From Eledone cirrhosa (Eukaryota), in the NCBI GenBank assembly GCA_964016885.1, contig OZ024744.1, forward strand, positions 124,000,001-124,064,000: a stretch of 64,000 nt of DNA, given 5' to 3'. Below, piece after piece: positions 44,501 to 57,555 of the stretch. The notes beneath the pieces were generated by a model that did no database searches, was not told the origin of the DNA, and was given only the letters and a program-made list of their open reading frames with translations. Every line of letters starts with the position of its first letter. Position 1 is the stretch's first letter. Made by a program: the position numbers and the translations under genes.

Positions 44501-47500
44501 ATGACAGGTAGGACAATAGTCTGTAATAACTCGTCCAACCCATGTATATAGGACAATAGTCTGTAATAACTTGTCCAACCCATGTATGTAGGACAATAGT
44601 CTGTAATAACTTGTCCAACCCATGCCAGGTAGGACAATAGTCTGTAATAACTTGTCCAACCCATGTATGTAGGAAAATAGTCTGTAATAACTTGTCTAAC
44701 CCATGTATGTAGGACAATAGTCTGTAATAACTTGTCGAACTCATGACAGGTAGGACAATAGTCTGTAATAACTTGTCCAACCCATGACAGGTAAGAGAAT
44801 AGTCTGTAATAACTTGTCCAACCCATGTATGTAGGTCAATAGCCTGTAATAACTTGTCCAACCCATGGCAGGTAGGACAATAGTCTGTCATAAATTGTCC
44901 AACCCATGACAGGTAGGACAATAGTCTGTAATAACTTGTCCAACCCATGACAGGTAGGACAATAGTCTGTAATAACTCGTCCAACCCATGACAGGTAGGA
45001 CAATAGTCTGTAATAACTTGTCCAACCCATGACAGGTAAGACAATATTCTGTAATAACTTGTCCAACCCATGTATGTAGGACAATAGTCTGTAATGACTT
45101 GTCCAACCCATGACAGGTAAGACAATATTCTGTAATAACTTGTCCAACCCATGTATGTAGGACAATAGTCTGTAATAACTTGTCCAACCCATGACAGGTA
45201 AGACAATATTCTGTAATAACTTGTCCAACCCATGTATGTAGATCAATAGCCTGTAATAACTTGTCCAACCCATGGCAGGTAGGACAATAGTCTGTAATAA
45301 ATTGTCCAACCCATGACAGGTAGGACAATAGTCTGTAATAACTTGTCCAACCCATGACAGGTAGGACAATAGTCTGTAATAACTCGTCCAACCCATGTAT
45401 GTAGGACGATAGTCTGTAATAACTTGTCTAACCCATGACAGGTAACACAATATTCTGTAATAACTTGTCCAACCCATGTATGTAGGACAATAGTCTGTAA
45501 TAACTTGTCCAAACCATGACAGGTAGGACAATAGTCTGTAATAACTTGTCCAACCCATGCCAGGTAGGACAATAGTCTGTAATAACTCGTCCAACCCATG
45601 TATATAGGACAATAGTCTGTAATAACTTGTCCAACCCATGTATGTAGGACAATAGTCTGTAATAACTTGTCCAACCCATGACAGGTAGGACAATAGTCTG
45701 TAATAACTTGTCCAACCCATGACAGGTAGGAGAATAGTCTGTAAAAACTCGTCCAACCCATGTATATAGGACAATAGTCTGTAATAACTTGTCCAACCCA
45801 TGTATGTAGGACAATAGTCTGTAATAACTTGTCCAACCCATGACAGGTAGGACAATAGTCTGTAATAACTTGTCCAACCCATGTATGTAGGACAATAGTC
45901 TGTAATAACTTGTCCAACCCATGACAGGTAAGACAATAGTCTGTAATAACTTGTCCAACCCATGACAGGTAAGACAATAGTCTGTAATAACTTGTCCAAC
46001 CCATGTATGTAGGACAATAGTCTGTAATAACTTGTCCAACCCATGACAGGTAGGACTATAGTCTGTAATAACTTGTCCAACCCATGACACGTAGGACAAT
46101 AGTCTGTAATAGCTTGTCCAACCCATGACAGGTAAGACAATAGTCTGTAATAACTTATCCAACCCATGACAGGTAGGACAATAGTTTGTAATAACTTGTC
46201 CAACCCATGACAGGTAAGACAATAGTCTGTAATAACTTGTCCAACCCATGCCAGGTAGGACAATAGTCTGTAATAACTTGTCCAACCCATGACAGGTAAG
46301 ACAATAGTCTGTAATAACTTGTCCAACCCATGACAGGTAGGACAATAGTCTGTAATAACTTGTCCAACCCATGTATATAGGACAATAGTCTGTAATAACT
46401 TGTCCAGCCCATGACAGGTAGGACAATAGTCTGTAATAACTTGTCCAACCCATGCCAGGTAGGACAAAGTCTGTAATAACTTGTCCAACCCATGACAGGT
46501 AGGGCAATAGTCTGTAATAACTTGTCCAACCCTTGACAGGTAGGACAATAGTCTGTAATAACTTGTCCAACCCATGTATGTAGGACAATAGTCTGTAATA
46601 ACTTGTCCAACCCATGTATGTAGGACAATAGTCTGTAATAACTTGTCCAACCCATGTATGTAGGACAATAGTCTGTAATAACTTGTCCAACCCATGACAG
46701 GTAGGACAATAGTCTGTAATAACTTGTCCAACCTATGTATGTAGGACAATAGTCTGTAATAACTTGTCCAACCCATGTATGTAGGACAATAGTCTGTAAT
46801 AACTTGTCCCACCCATGACAGGTAGGACAATAGTCTGTAATAACTTGTCCAACCCATGACAGCTAGGACAATAGTCTCTAATAACTTGTCCAACCCATGT
46901 ATGTAGGACTATAGTCAGTAATAACTTGTCCAACCCATCACAGGTAGGACAATAGTCTGTAATAACTTGTCCAACCCATGTATGTAGGACAATAGTCTGT
47001 AATAACTTGTCCAACCCATGACAGGTAGGACAATAGTCTGTAATAACTTGTCCAACCCATGACAGGTAGGACAATAGTCTGTAATAACTTGTCCAACCCA
47101 TGTATGTAGGACAATAGTCTGTAATAACTTGTCCAACCCATGACAGGTAGGACAATAGTCTGTAATAACTTGTCCAACCCATGACAGCTAGGACAATAGT
47201 CTCTAATAACTTGACCAACCCATGTATGTAGGACTATAGTCAGTAATAACTTGTCCAACCCATGACAGGTAGGACAATAGTCTGTAATAACTTGTCCAAT
47301 CCATGACAGGTAGGACAATAGTTTGTAATAACTTGTCCAACCAATGACAGGTAGGACAATAGTCTGTAATAACTTGTTCAACCCATGTATGTAGGACAAT
47401 AGTCTGTAATAACTTGTCCAACCCATGACAGGTAAGAGAATAGTCTGTAATAACTTGTCCAACCCATGTATGTATGTCAATAGCCTGTAATAACTTGTCC

Positions 47501-48704
47501 AACCCATGCCAGGTAGGACAATAGTCTGTAATAAATTTTCCAACCCATGACAGGTAGGACAATAGTCTGTAATAACTTGTCCAACCCATGACAGGTAGGA
47601 CAATAGTCTGTAATAACTTGTCCAACCCATGATAGGTAGGACAATAGTCTGTAATAACTCGTCCAACCCATGTATGTAGGACAATAGTCTGTAATAACTT
47701 GTCCAACCCATGACAGGTAAGACAATATTCTGTAATAACTTGTCCAACCCATGTATGTATACAATAGTCTGTAATAACTTGTCCAACCCATGACAGGTAG
47801 GACAATAGTCTGTAATAGCTTGTCCAACCCATGACAGGTAAGACAATATCTGTAATAACTTATCCAACCCATGACAGGTAGGACAATAGTCTGTAATAAC
47901 TTGTCCAACCCATGACAGGTAAGACAATAGTCTGTAATAACTTGTCCAACCCATGCCAGGTAGGACAATAGTCTGTAATAACTTGTCCAACCCATGACAG
48001 GTAAGACAATAGTCTGTAATAACTTGTCCAACCCATGACAGGTAAGACAATAGTCTGTAATAACTTGTCCAACCCATGACAGGTAGGACAATAGTCTGTA
48101 ATAACTTGTCCAACCCATGACAGGTAGGACAATAGTCTGTAATAACATGTCCTACCCATGTATTTAGGACAATAGTCTGTAATAACTTGTCCAACCCTTG
48201 ACAGGTAGGACAATAGTCTGTAGTAACTTGTCCAACCCATGTATGTAGGACAATAGTCTGTAATAACTTGTCCAACCCATGTATGTAGGACAATAGTCTG
48301 TAATAACTTGTCCAACCCATGACAGGTAGGACAATAGTCTGTAATAACTTGTCCAACCTATGTATGTAGGACAATAGTCTGTAATAACTTGTCCCACCCA
48401 TGTCAGGTAGGACAATAGTCTGTAATAACTTGTCCAACCCATGTATGTAGGACAATAGTCTGTAATAACTTGTCCAACCCATGTATGTAGGACAATAGTC
48501 TGTAATAACTTGTCCCACCCATGACAGGTAGGACAATAGTCTGTAATAACTTGTCCAACCCATGTATGTAGGACAATAGTCTGTAATAACTTGTCCAACC
48601 CATGACAGGTAGGACAATAGTCTGTAATAACTTGTCCAACCCATGACAGCTAGGACAATAGTCTGTAATAACTTGTCCAACCCATGTATGTAGGACTATA
48701 GTCA

Positions 48705-51700
48705 GTAATAACTTGTCCAACCCATGACAGGTAGGACAATAGTCTGTAATAACTTGTCCAACCCATGACAGGTAGGACAATAGTCTGTAATACCTTGTCC
48801 AACCAATGACAGGTAGGACAATAGTTTGTAATAACTTGTCCAACCCATGACAGGTAGGACAATAGTCTGTAATACCTTGTCCAACCAATGACAGGTAGGG
48901 CAATAGTCTGTAATAACTTGTTCAACTCATGTATGTAGGACAATAGTCTGTAATAACTTGTCCAACCCATGACAGGTAAGAGAATAGTCTGTAATAACTT
49001 GTCCAACCCATGTATGTAGGTCAATAGCCTGTAATAATTTGTCCAACCCATGGCAGGTAGGACAATAGTCTGTAATAAATTGTCCAACCCATGACAGGTA
49101 GGACAATAGTCTGTAATAACTTGTCCAACCCATGACAGGTAGGACAATAGTCTGTAATAACTCGTCCAACCCATGTATGTAGGACAATAGTCTGTAATAA
49201 CTTGTCCAACCCATGACAGGTAAGACAATATTCTGTAATAACTTGTCCAACCCATGTATGTATGACAATAGTCTGTAATAACTTGTCCAACCCATGACAG
49301 GTAAGACAATATTCTGTAATAACTTGTCCAACCCATGTATGTAGGACAATAGTCTGTAATAACTTGTCCAACCCATGTATGTAGGACAATAGTCTGTAAT
49401 AACTTGTCCAACCAATGACAGGTAAGACAATAGTCTGTAATAACTTGTCCAACCCATGCCAGGTAGGACAATAGTCTGTAACACCTCGTCCAACCCATGA
49501 CAGGTAGGACAATAGTCTGTAATAACTTGTCCAACCCATGACAGGTAGGACAATAGTCTGTAATAACTCGTCCAACCCATGTATATAGGACAATAGTCTG
49601 TAATAACTTGTCCAACCCATGTATGTAGGACAATAGTCTGTAATAACTTGTCCAACCCATGCCAGGTAGGACAATAGTCTGTAATAACTTGTCCAACCCA
49701 TGTATGTAAGAAAATAGTCTGTAATAACTTGTCTAACCCATGTATGTAGGACAATAGTCTGTAATAACTTGTCGAACCCATGACAGGTAGGACAATAGTC
49801 TGTAATAACTTGTCCAACCCATGACAGGTAGGACAATAGTCTGTAATAACTTGTCCAACCTATGTATGTAGGACAATAGTCTGTAATAACTTGTCCAACC
49901 CATGTATGTAGGACAATAGTCTGTAATAACTTGTCCCAACCATGACAGGTAGGACAATAGTCTGTAATAACTTGTCCAACCCATGTATCTAGGACAATAG
50001 TCTGTAATAACTTGTCCAACCCATGTATGTAGGACAGTAGTCTGTAATAACTTGTCTAACCCATGACAGGTAGGACAATAGTCTGTAATAACTTGTCCAA
50101 CCCATGACAGCTAGGACAATAGTCTGTAATAACTTGTCCAACCCATGTATGTAGGACTATAGTCAGTAATAACTTGTCCAACCCATGACAGGTAGGACAA
50201 TAGTCTGTAATAACTTGTCCAATCCATGACAGGTAGGACAATAGTCTGTAATACCTTGTCCAACCAATGACAGGTAGGACAATAGTTTGTAATAACTTGT
50301 CCAACCAATGACAGGTGGGACAATAGTCTGTAATAACTTGTTCAACCCATGTATGTAGGACAATAGTCTGTAATAACTTGTCCAACCCATGACAGGTAAG
50401 AGAATAGTCTGTAATAACTTGTCCAACCCATGTATGTAGGTCAATAGCCTGTAATAACTTGTCCAACCCATGGCGGGTAGGACAATTGTCTGTAATAAAT
50501 TGTCCAACCCATGACAGGTAGGACAATAGTCTGTAATAACTTGTCCCACCCATGTATGTAGGACAATAGTCTGTAATAACTTGTCCAACCCATGACAGGT
50601 AGGACTATAGTCTGTAATAACTTGTCCAACCCATGACAGGTAGGACAATAGTCTGTAATAGCTTGTCCAACCCATGACAGGTAAGACAATATCTGTAATA
50701 ACTTATCCAACCCATGACAGGTAGGACAATAGTCTGTAATAACTTGTCCAACCCATGACAGGTAAGACAATAGTCTGTAATAACTTGTCCAACCCATGCC
50801 AGGTAGGACAATAGTCTGTAATAACTTGTCCAACCCATGACAGGTAAGACAATAGTCTGTAATAACTTGTCCAACCCATGATAGGTAGGAAATAGTCTGT
50901 AATAGCTTGTCCAACCCATCTATATAGGACAATAATCTGTAATAACTTGTCCAACCCATGTATGTAGGACAATAGTCTGTAATAACTTGTCCAACCCATG
51001 ACAGGTAGGACAATAGTCTGTAATAACTTGTCCAACCCATGACAGGTAGGACAATAGTCTGTAATACCTTGTCCAACCAATGACAGGTAGGACAATAGTT
51101 TGTAATAACTTGTCCAACCCATGACAGGTAGGACAATAGTCTGTAATACCTTGTCCAACCAATGACAGGTAGGGCAATAGTCTGTAATAACTTGTTCAAC
51201 TCATGTATGTAGGACAATAGTCTGTAATAACTTGTCCAACCCATGACAGGTAAGAGAATAGTCTGTAATAACTTGTCCAACCCATGTATGTAGGTCAATA
51301 GCCTGTAATAATTTGTCCAACCCATGGCAGGTAGGACAATAGTCTGTAATAAATTGTCCAACCCATGACAGGTAGGACAATAGTCTGTAATAACTTGTCC
51401 AACCCATGACAGGTAGGACAATAGTCTGTAATAACTCGTCCAACCCATGTATGTAGGACAATAGTCTGTAATAACTTGTCCAACCCATGACAGGTAAGAC
51501 AATATTCTGTAATAACTTGTCCAACCCATGTATGTATGACAATAGTCTGTAATAACTTGTCCAACCCATGACAGGTAAGACAATATTCTGTAATAACTTG
51601 TCCAACCCATGTATGTAGGACAATAGTCTGTAATAACTTGTCCAACCCATGTATGTAGGACAATAGTCTGTAATAACTTGTCCAACCAATGACAGGTAAG

Positions 51701-53155
51701 ACAATAGTCTGTAATAACTTGTCCAACCCATGCCAGGTAGGACAATAGTCTGTAACACCTCGTCCAACCCATGACAGGTAGGACAATAGTCTGTAATAAC
51801 TTGTCCAACCCATGACAGGTAGGACAATAGTCTGTAATAACTCGTCCAACCCATGTATATAGGACAATAGTCTGTAATAACTTGTCCAACCCATGTATGT
51901 AGGACAATAGTCTGTAATAACTTGTCCAACCCATGCCAGGTAGGACAATAGTCTGTAATAACTTGTCCAACCCATGTATGTAAGAAAATAGTCTGTAATA
52001 ACTTGTCTAACCCATGTATGTAGGACAATAGTCTGTAATAACTTGTCGAACCCATGACAGGTAGGACAATAGTCTGTAATAACTTGTCCAACCCATGACA
52101 GGTAGGACAATAGTCTGTAATAACTTGTCCAACCTATGTATGTAGGACAATAGTCTGTAATAACTTGTCCAACCCATGTATGTAGGACAATAGTCTGTAA
52201 TAACTTGTCCCAACCATGACAGGTAGGACAATAGTCTGTAATAACTTGTCCAACCCATGTATCTAGGACAATAGTCTGTAATAACTTGTCCAACCCATGT
52301 ATGTAGGACAGTAGTCTGTAATAACTTGTCTAACCCATGACAGGTAGGACAATAGTCTGTAATAACTTGTCCAACCCATGACAGCTAGGACAATAGTCTG
52401 TAATAACTTGTCCAACCCATGTATGTAGGACTATAGTCAGTAATAACTTGTCCAACCCATGACAGGTAGGACAATAGTCTGTAATAACTTGTCCAATCCA
52501 TGACAGGTAGGACAATAGTCTGTAATACCTTGTCCAACCAATGACAGGTAGGACAATAGTTTGTAATAACTTGTCCAACCAATGACAGGTGGGACAATAG
52601 TCTGTAATAACTTGTTCAACCCATGTATGTAGGACAATAGTCTGTAATAACTTGTCCAACCCATGACAGGTAAGAGAATAGTCTGTAATAACTTGTCCAA
52701 CCCATGTATGTAGGTCAATAGCCTGTAATAACTTGTCCAACCCATGGCGGGTAGGACAATTGTCTGTAATAAATTGTCCAACCCATGACAGGTAGGACAA
52801 TAGTCTGTAATAACTTGTCCCACCCATGTATGTAGGACAATAGTCTGTAATAACTTGTCCAACCCATGACAGGTAGGACTATAGTCTGTAATAACTTGTC
52901 CAACCCATGACAGGTAGGACAATAGTCTGTAATAGCTTGTCCAACCCATGACAGGTAAGACAATATCTGTAATAACTTATCCAACCCATGACAGGTAGGA
53001 CAATAGTCTGTAATAACTTGTCCAACCCATGACAGGTAAGACAATAGTCTGTAATAACTTGTCCAACCCATGCCAGGTAGGACAATAGTCTGTAATAACT
53101 TGTCCAACCCATGACAGGTAAGACAATAGTCTGTAATAACTTGTCCAACCCATGA
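48705..53155. repeat. Near-tandem duplication, period 2274 bp (48705-50881 vs 50979-53155) with a ~97-bp junction segment
   Basis: ORFs with matching translations are offset by 2274 (48927/51201, 49021/51295, 50056/52330, 50163/52437). Shared private variants: TATGTATGAC, GTATCTAGG, TGGCGGGTAGG, AGGTGGGAC. Confidence 0.92.
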
Positions 53156-54469
53156 CAGGTAGGACAATAGTCTGTAATAACTTGTCCAACCCATGACAGG
53201 TAGGACTATAGTCTGTAATAACTTATCCAACCCATGACAGTTAGGACAATAGTCTGTAATAGCTTGTCCAACCCATGACAGGTAAGACAATATCTGTAAT
53301 AACTTATCCAACCCATGACAGGTAGGACAATAGTCTGTAATAACTTGTCCAACCCATGACAGGTAAGACAATAGTCTGTAATAACTTGTCCAACCCATGC
53401 CAGGTAGGACAATAGTCTGTAATAACTTGTCCAACCCATGACAGGTAAGACAATAGTCTGTAATAACTTGTCCAACCCATGACAGGTAGGACAATAGTCT
53501 GTAATAACTTGTCCAACCCATGACAGGTAGGAAATAGTCTGTAATAACTTGTCCAACCCATATATATAGGACAATAGTCTGTAATAACTTGTCCAGCCCA
53601 TGACAGATAGGACAATAGTCTGTAATAACTTGTCCAACCCATGCCAGGTAGGACAAAGTCTGTAATAACTTGTCCAACCCATGACAGGTAAGACAATATT
53701 CTGTAATAACTTGTCCAACCCATGTATGTAGGTCAATAGCCTGTAATAACTTGTCCAAACCATGGCAGGTAGGACAACAGTCTGTCATAAATTGTCCAAC
53801 CCATGACAGGTAGGACAATAGTCTGTAATAACTTGTCCAACCCATGACAGGTAGGACAATAGTCTGTAATAACTCGTCCAACCCATGTATGTAGGACAAT
53901 AGTCTGTAATAACTTGTCCAACCCATGACAGGTAAGACAATATTCTGTAATAACTTGTCCAACCCATGTATGTAGGACAATAGTCTGTAATAACTTGTCC
54001 AACCCATGACAGGTAAGACAATATTCTGTAATAACTTGTCCAACCCATGTATGTAGGACAATAGTCTGTAATAACTTGTCCAACCCATGTATGTAGGACA
54101 ATAGTCTGTAATAACTTGTCCAACCAATGACAGGTAAGACAATAGTCTGTAATAACGTGTCCAACCCATGCCAGGTAGGACAATAGTCTGTAATAACTTG
54201 TCCAACCCATGACAGGTAGGACAATAGTCTGTAATAACTCGTCCAACCCATGTATATAGGACAATAGTCTGTAATAACTTGTCCAACCCATGTATGTAGG
54301 ACAATAGTCTGTAATAACTTGTCCAACCCATGCCAGGTAGGACAATAGTCTGTAATAACTTGTCCAACCCATGTATGTAGGAAAATAGTCTGTAATAACT
54401 TGTCTAACCCATGTATGTAGGACAATAGTCTGTAATAACTTGTTGAACCCATGACAGGTAGGACAATAG

Positions 54470-57400
54470 TCTGTAATAACTTGTCCAACCCATGACAGGT
54501 AGGACAATAGTCTGTAATAACTTGTCCAACCTATGTATGTAGGACAATAGTCTATAATAACTTATCCAACCCATGTATGTAGGACAATAGTCTGTAATAA
54601 CTTGTCCCACCCATGTATGTAGGACAATAGTCTGTAATAACTTGTCCAACCCATGACAGGTAGGACAATAGTCTGTAATAACTTGTCCAACCCATGACAG
54701 GTAGGACAATAGTCTGTAATAACTTGTCCAACCCATGTATGTAGGATAATAGTCTGTAATAACTTGTCCAACCCATGACAGGTAGGACAATAGTCTGTAA
54801 TAACTTGTCCAACCCATGACAGCTAGGACTATAGTCAGTAATAACTTGTCCAACCCATGACAGGTAGGACAATAGTCTGTAATACCTTGTCCAACCAATG
54901 ACAGGTAGGACAATAGTTTGTAATAACTTGTCCAACCAATGACAGGTAGGACAATAGTCTGTAATAACTTGGTCAACCCATGTATGTAGGACAATAATCT
55001 GTAATAACTTCTCCAACCAATGACAGGTAAGACAATAGTCTGTAATAACTTGTCCAACCCATGCCAGGTAGGACAATAGTCTGTAACACCTCGTCCAACC
55101 CATGACAGGTAGGACAATAGTCTGTAATAACTTGTCCAACCCATGACAGGTAGGACAATAGTCTGTAATAACTCGTCCAACCCATGTATATAGGACAATA
55201 GTCTGTAATAACTTGTCCAACCCATGTATGTAGGACAATAGTCTGTAATAACTTGTCCAACCCATGCCAGGTAGGACAATAGTCTGTAATAACTTGTCCA
55301 ACCCATGACAGGTAAGACAATAGTCTGTAATAACTTGTCCAACCCATGCCAGGTAGGAGAATAGTCTGTAATAACTTGTCCAACCCATGACAGGTAAGAC
55401 AATAGTCTGTAATAACTTGTCCAACCCATGACAGGTAGGACAATAGTCTGTAATAACTTGTCCAACCCATGACAGGTAGGAAATAGTCTGTAATAACTTG
55501 TCCAACCCATATATATAGGACAATAGTCTGTAATAACTTGTCCAGCCCATGACAGGTAGGACAATAGTCTGTAATAACTTGTCCAACCCATGCCAGGTAG
55601 GACAAAGTCTGTAATAACTTGTCCAACCCATGACAGGTAGGGCAATAGTCTGTAATAACTTGTCCAACCCATGACAGGTAAGACAATAGTCTGTAATAAC
55701 TTGTCCAACCCATGACAGGTAGGACAATAGTCTGTAATAACTTGTCCAACCCATGACAGGTAGGACAATAGTCTGTAATAACATGTCCAACCCATGGCAG
55801 GTAGGACAATAGTCTGTCATAAATTGTCCAACCCATGACAGGTAGGACAATAGTCTGTAATAACTTGCCCAACCCATGACAGGTAGGACAATAGTCTGTA
55901 ATAACTTGTCCAACCCATGTATGTAGGACAATAGTCTGTAATAACTTGTCCAACCCATGTATGTAGGACAATAGTCTGTAATAACTTGTCCAACCCATGA
56001 CAGGTAGGACAATAGTCTGTAATAACTTGTCCAACCTATGTATGTAGGACAATAGTCTATAATAACTTATCCAACCCATGTATGTAGGACAATAGTCTGT
56101 AATAACTTGTCCCACCCATGTATGTAGGACAATAGTCTGTAATAACTTGTCCAACCCATGACAGGTAGGACAATAGTCTGTAATAACTTGTCCAACCCAT
56201 GACAGGTAGGACAATAGTCTGTAATAACTTGTCCAACCCATGTATGTAGGATAATAGTCTGTAATAACTTGTCCAACCCATGACAGGTAGGACAATAGTC
56301 TGTAATAACTTGTCCAACCCATGACAGCTAGGACAATAGTCTGTAATAACTTGTCCAACCCATGTATGTAGGACTATAGTCAGTAATAACTTGTCCAACC
56401 CATGACAGGTAGGACAATAGTCTGTAATACCTTGTCCAACCAATGACAGGTAGGACAATAGTTTGTAATAACTTGTCCAACCAATGACAGGTAGGACAAT
56501 AGTCTGTAATAACTTGTTCAACCCATGTATGTAGGACAATAATCTGTAATAACTTCTCCAACCAATGACAGGTAAGACAATAGTCTGTAATAACTTGTCC
56601 AACCCATGCCAGGTAGGACAATAGTCTGTAACACCTCGTCCAACCCATGACAGGTAGGACAATAGTCTGTAATAACTTGTCCAACCCATGACAGGTAGGA
56701 CAATAGTCTGTAATAACTCGTCCAACCCATGTATATAGGACAATAGTCTGTAATAACTTGTCCAACCCATGTATGTAGGACAATAGTCTGTAATAACTTG
56801 TCCAACCCATGCCAGGTAGGACAATAGTCTGTAATAACTTGTCCAACCCATGACAGGTAAGACAATAGTCTGTAATAACTTGTCCAACCCATGCCAGGTA
56901 GGAGAATAGTCTGTAATAACTTGTCCAACCCATGACAGGTAAGACAATAGTCTGTAATAACTTGTCCAACCCATGACAGGTAGGACAATAGTCTGTAATA
57001 ACTTGTCCAACCCATGACAGGTAGGAAATAGTCTGTAATAACTTGTCCAACCCATATATATAGGACAATAGTCTGTAATAACTTGTCCAGCCCATGACAG
57101 GTAGGACAATAGTCTGTAATAACTTGTCCAACCCATGCCAGGTAGGACAAAGTCTGTAATAACTTGTCCAACCCATGACAGGTAGGGCAATAGTCTGTAA
57201 TAACTTGTCCAACCCATGACAGGTAAGACAATAGTCTGTAATAACTTGTCCAACCCATGACAGGTAGGACAATAGTCTGTAATAACTTGTCCAACCCATG
57301 ACAGGTAGGACAATAGTCTGTAATAACATGTCCAACCCATGGCAGGTAGGACAATAGTCTGTCATAAATTGTCCAACCCATGACAAGTAGGACAATAGTC

Positions 57401-57555
57401 TGTAATAACTTGCCCAACCCATGACAGGTAGGACAATAGTCTGTAATAACTTGTCCAACCCATGTATGTAGGACAATAGTCTGTAATAACTTGTCCAACC
57501 CATGTATGTAGGACAATAGTCTGTAATAACTTGTCCAACCCATGACAGGTAGGAC
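54470..57555. repeat. Tandem duplication, period 1505/1545 bp (one 40-bp monomer indel)
   Basis: ORF offsets are 54562/56067 (1505) and 54973/56518 (1545). Shared private variants: TCTATAATAACTTATCC, AATAATCTG...TTCTCCAACC, TTGCCCAACC. Boundaries are approximate. Confidence 0.88.

Noticed and set aside
54441-54450. TCGAAC -> TTGAAC change as evidence of CpG methylation
   Set aside because: It is a single event, and many CpG-containing variants persist unchanged in numerous copies, so it is insufficient evidence.
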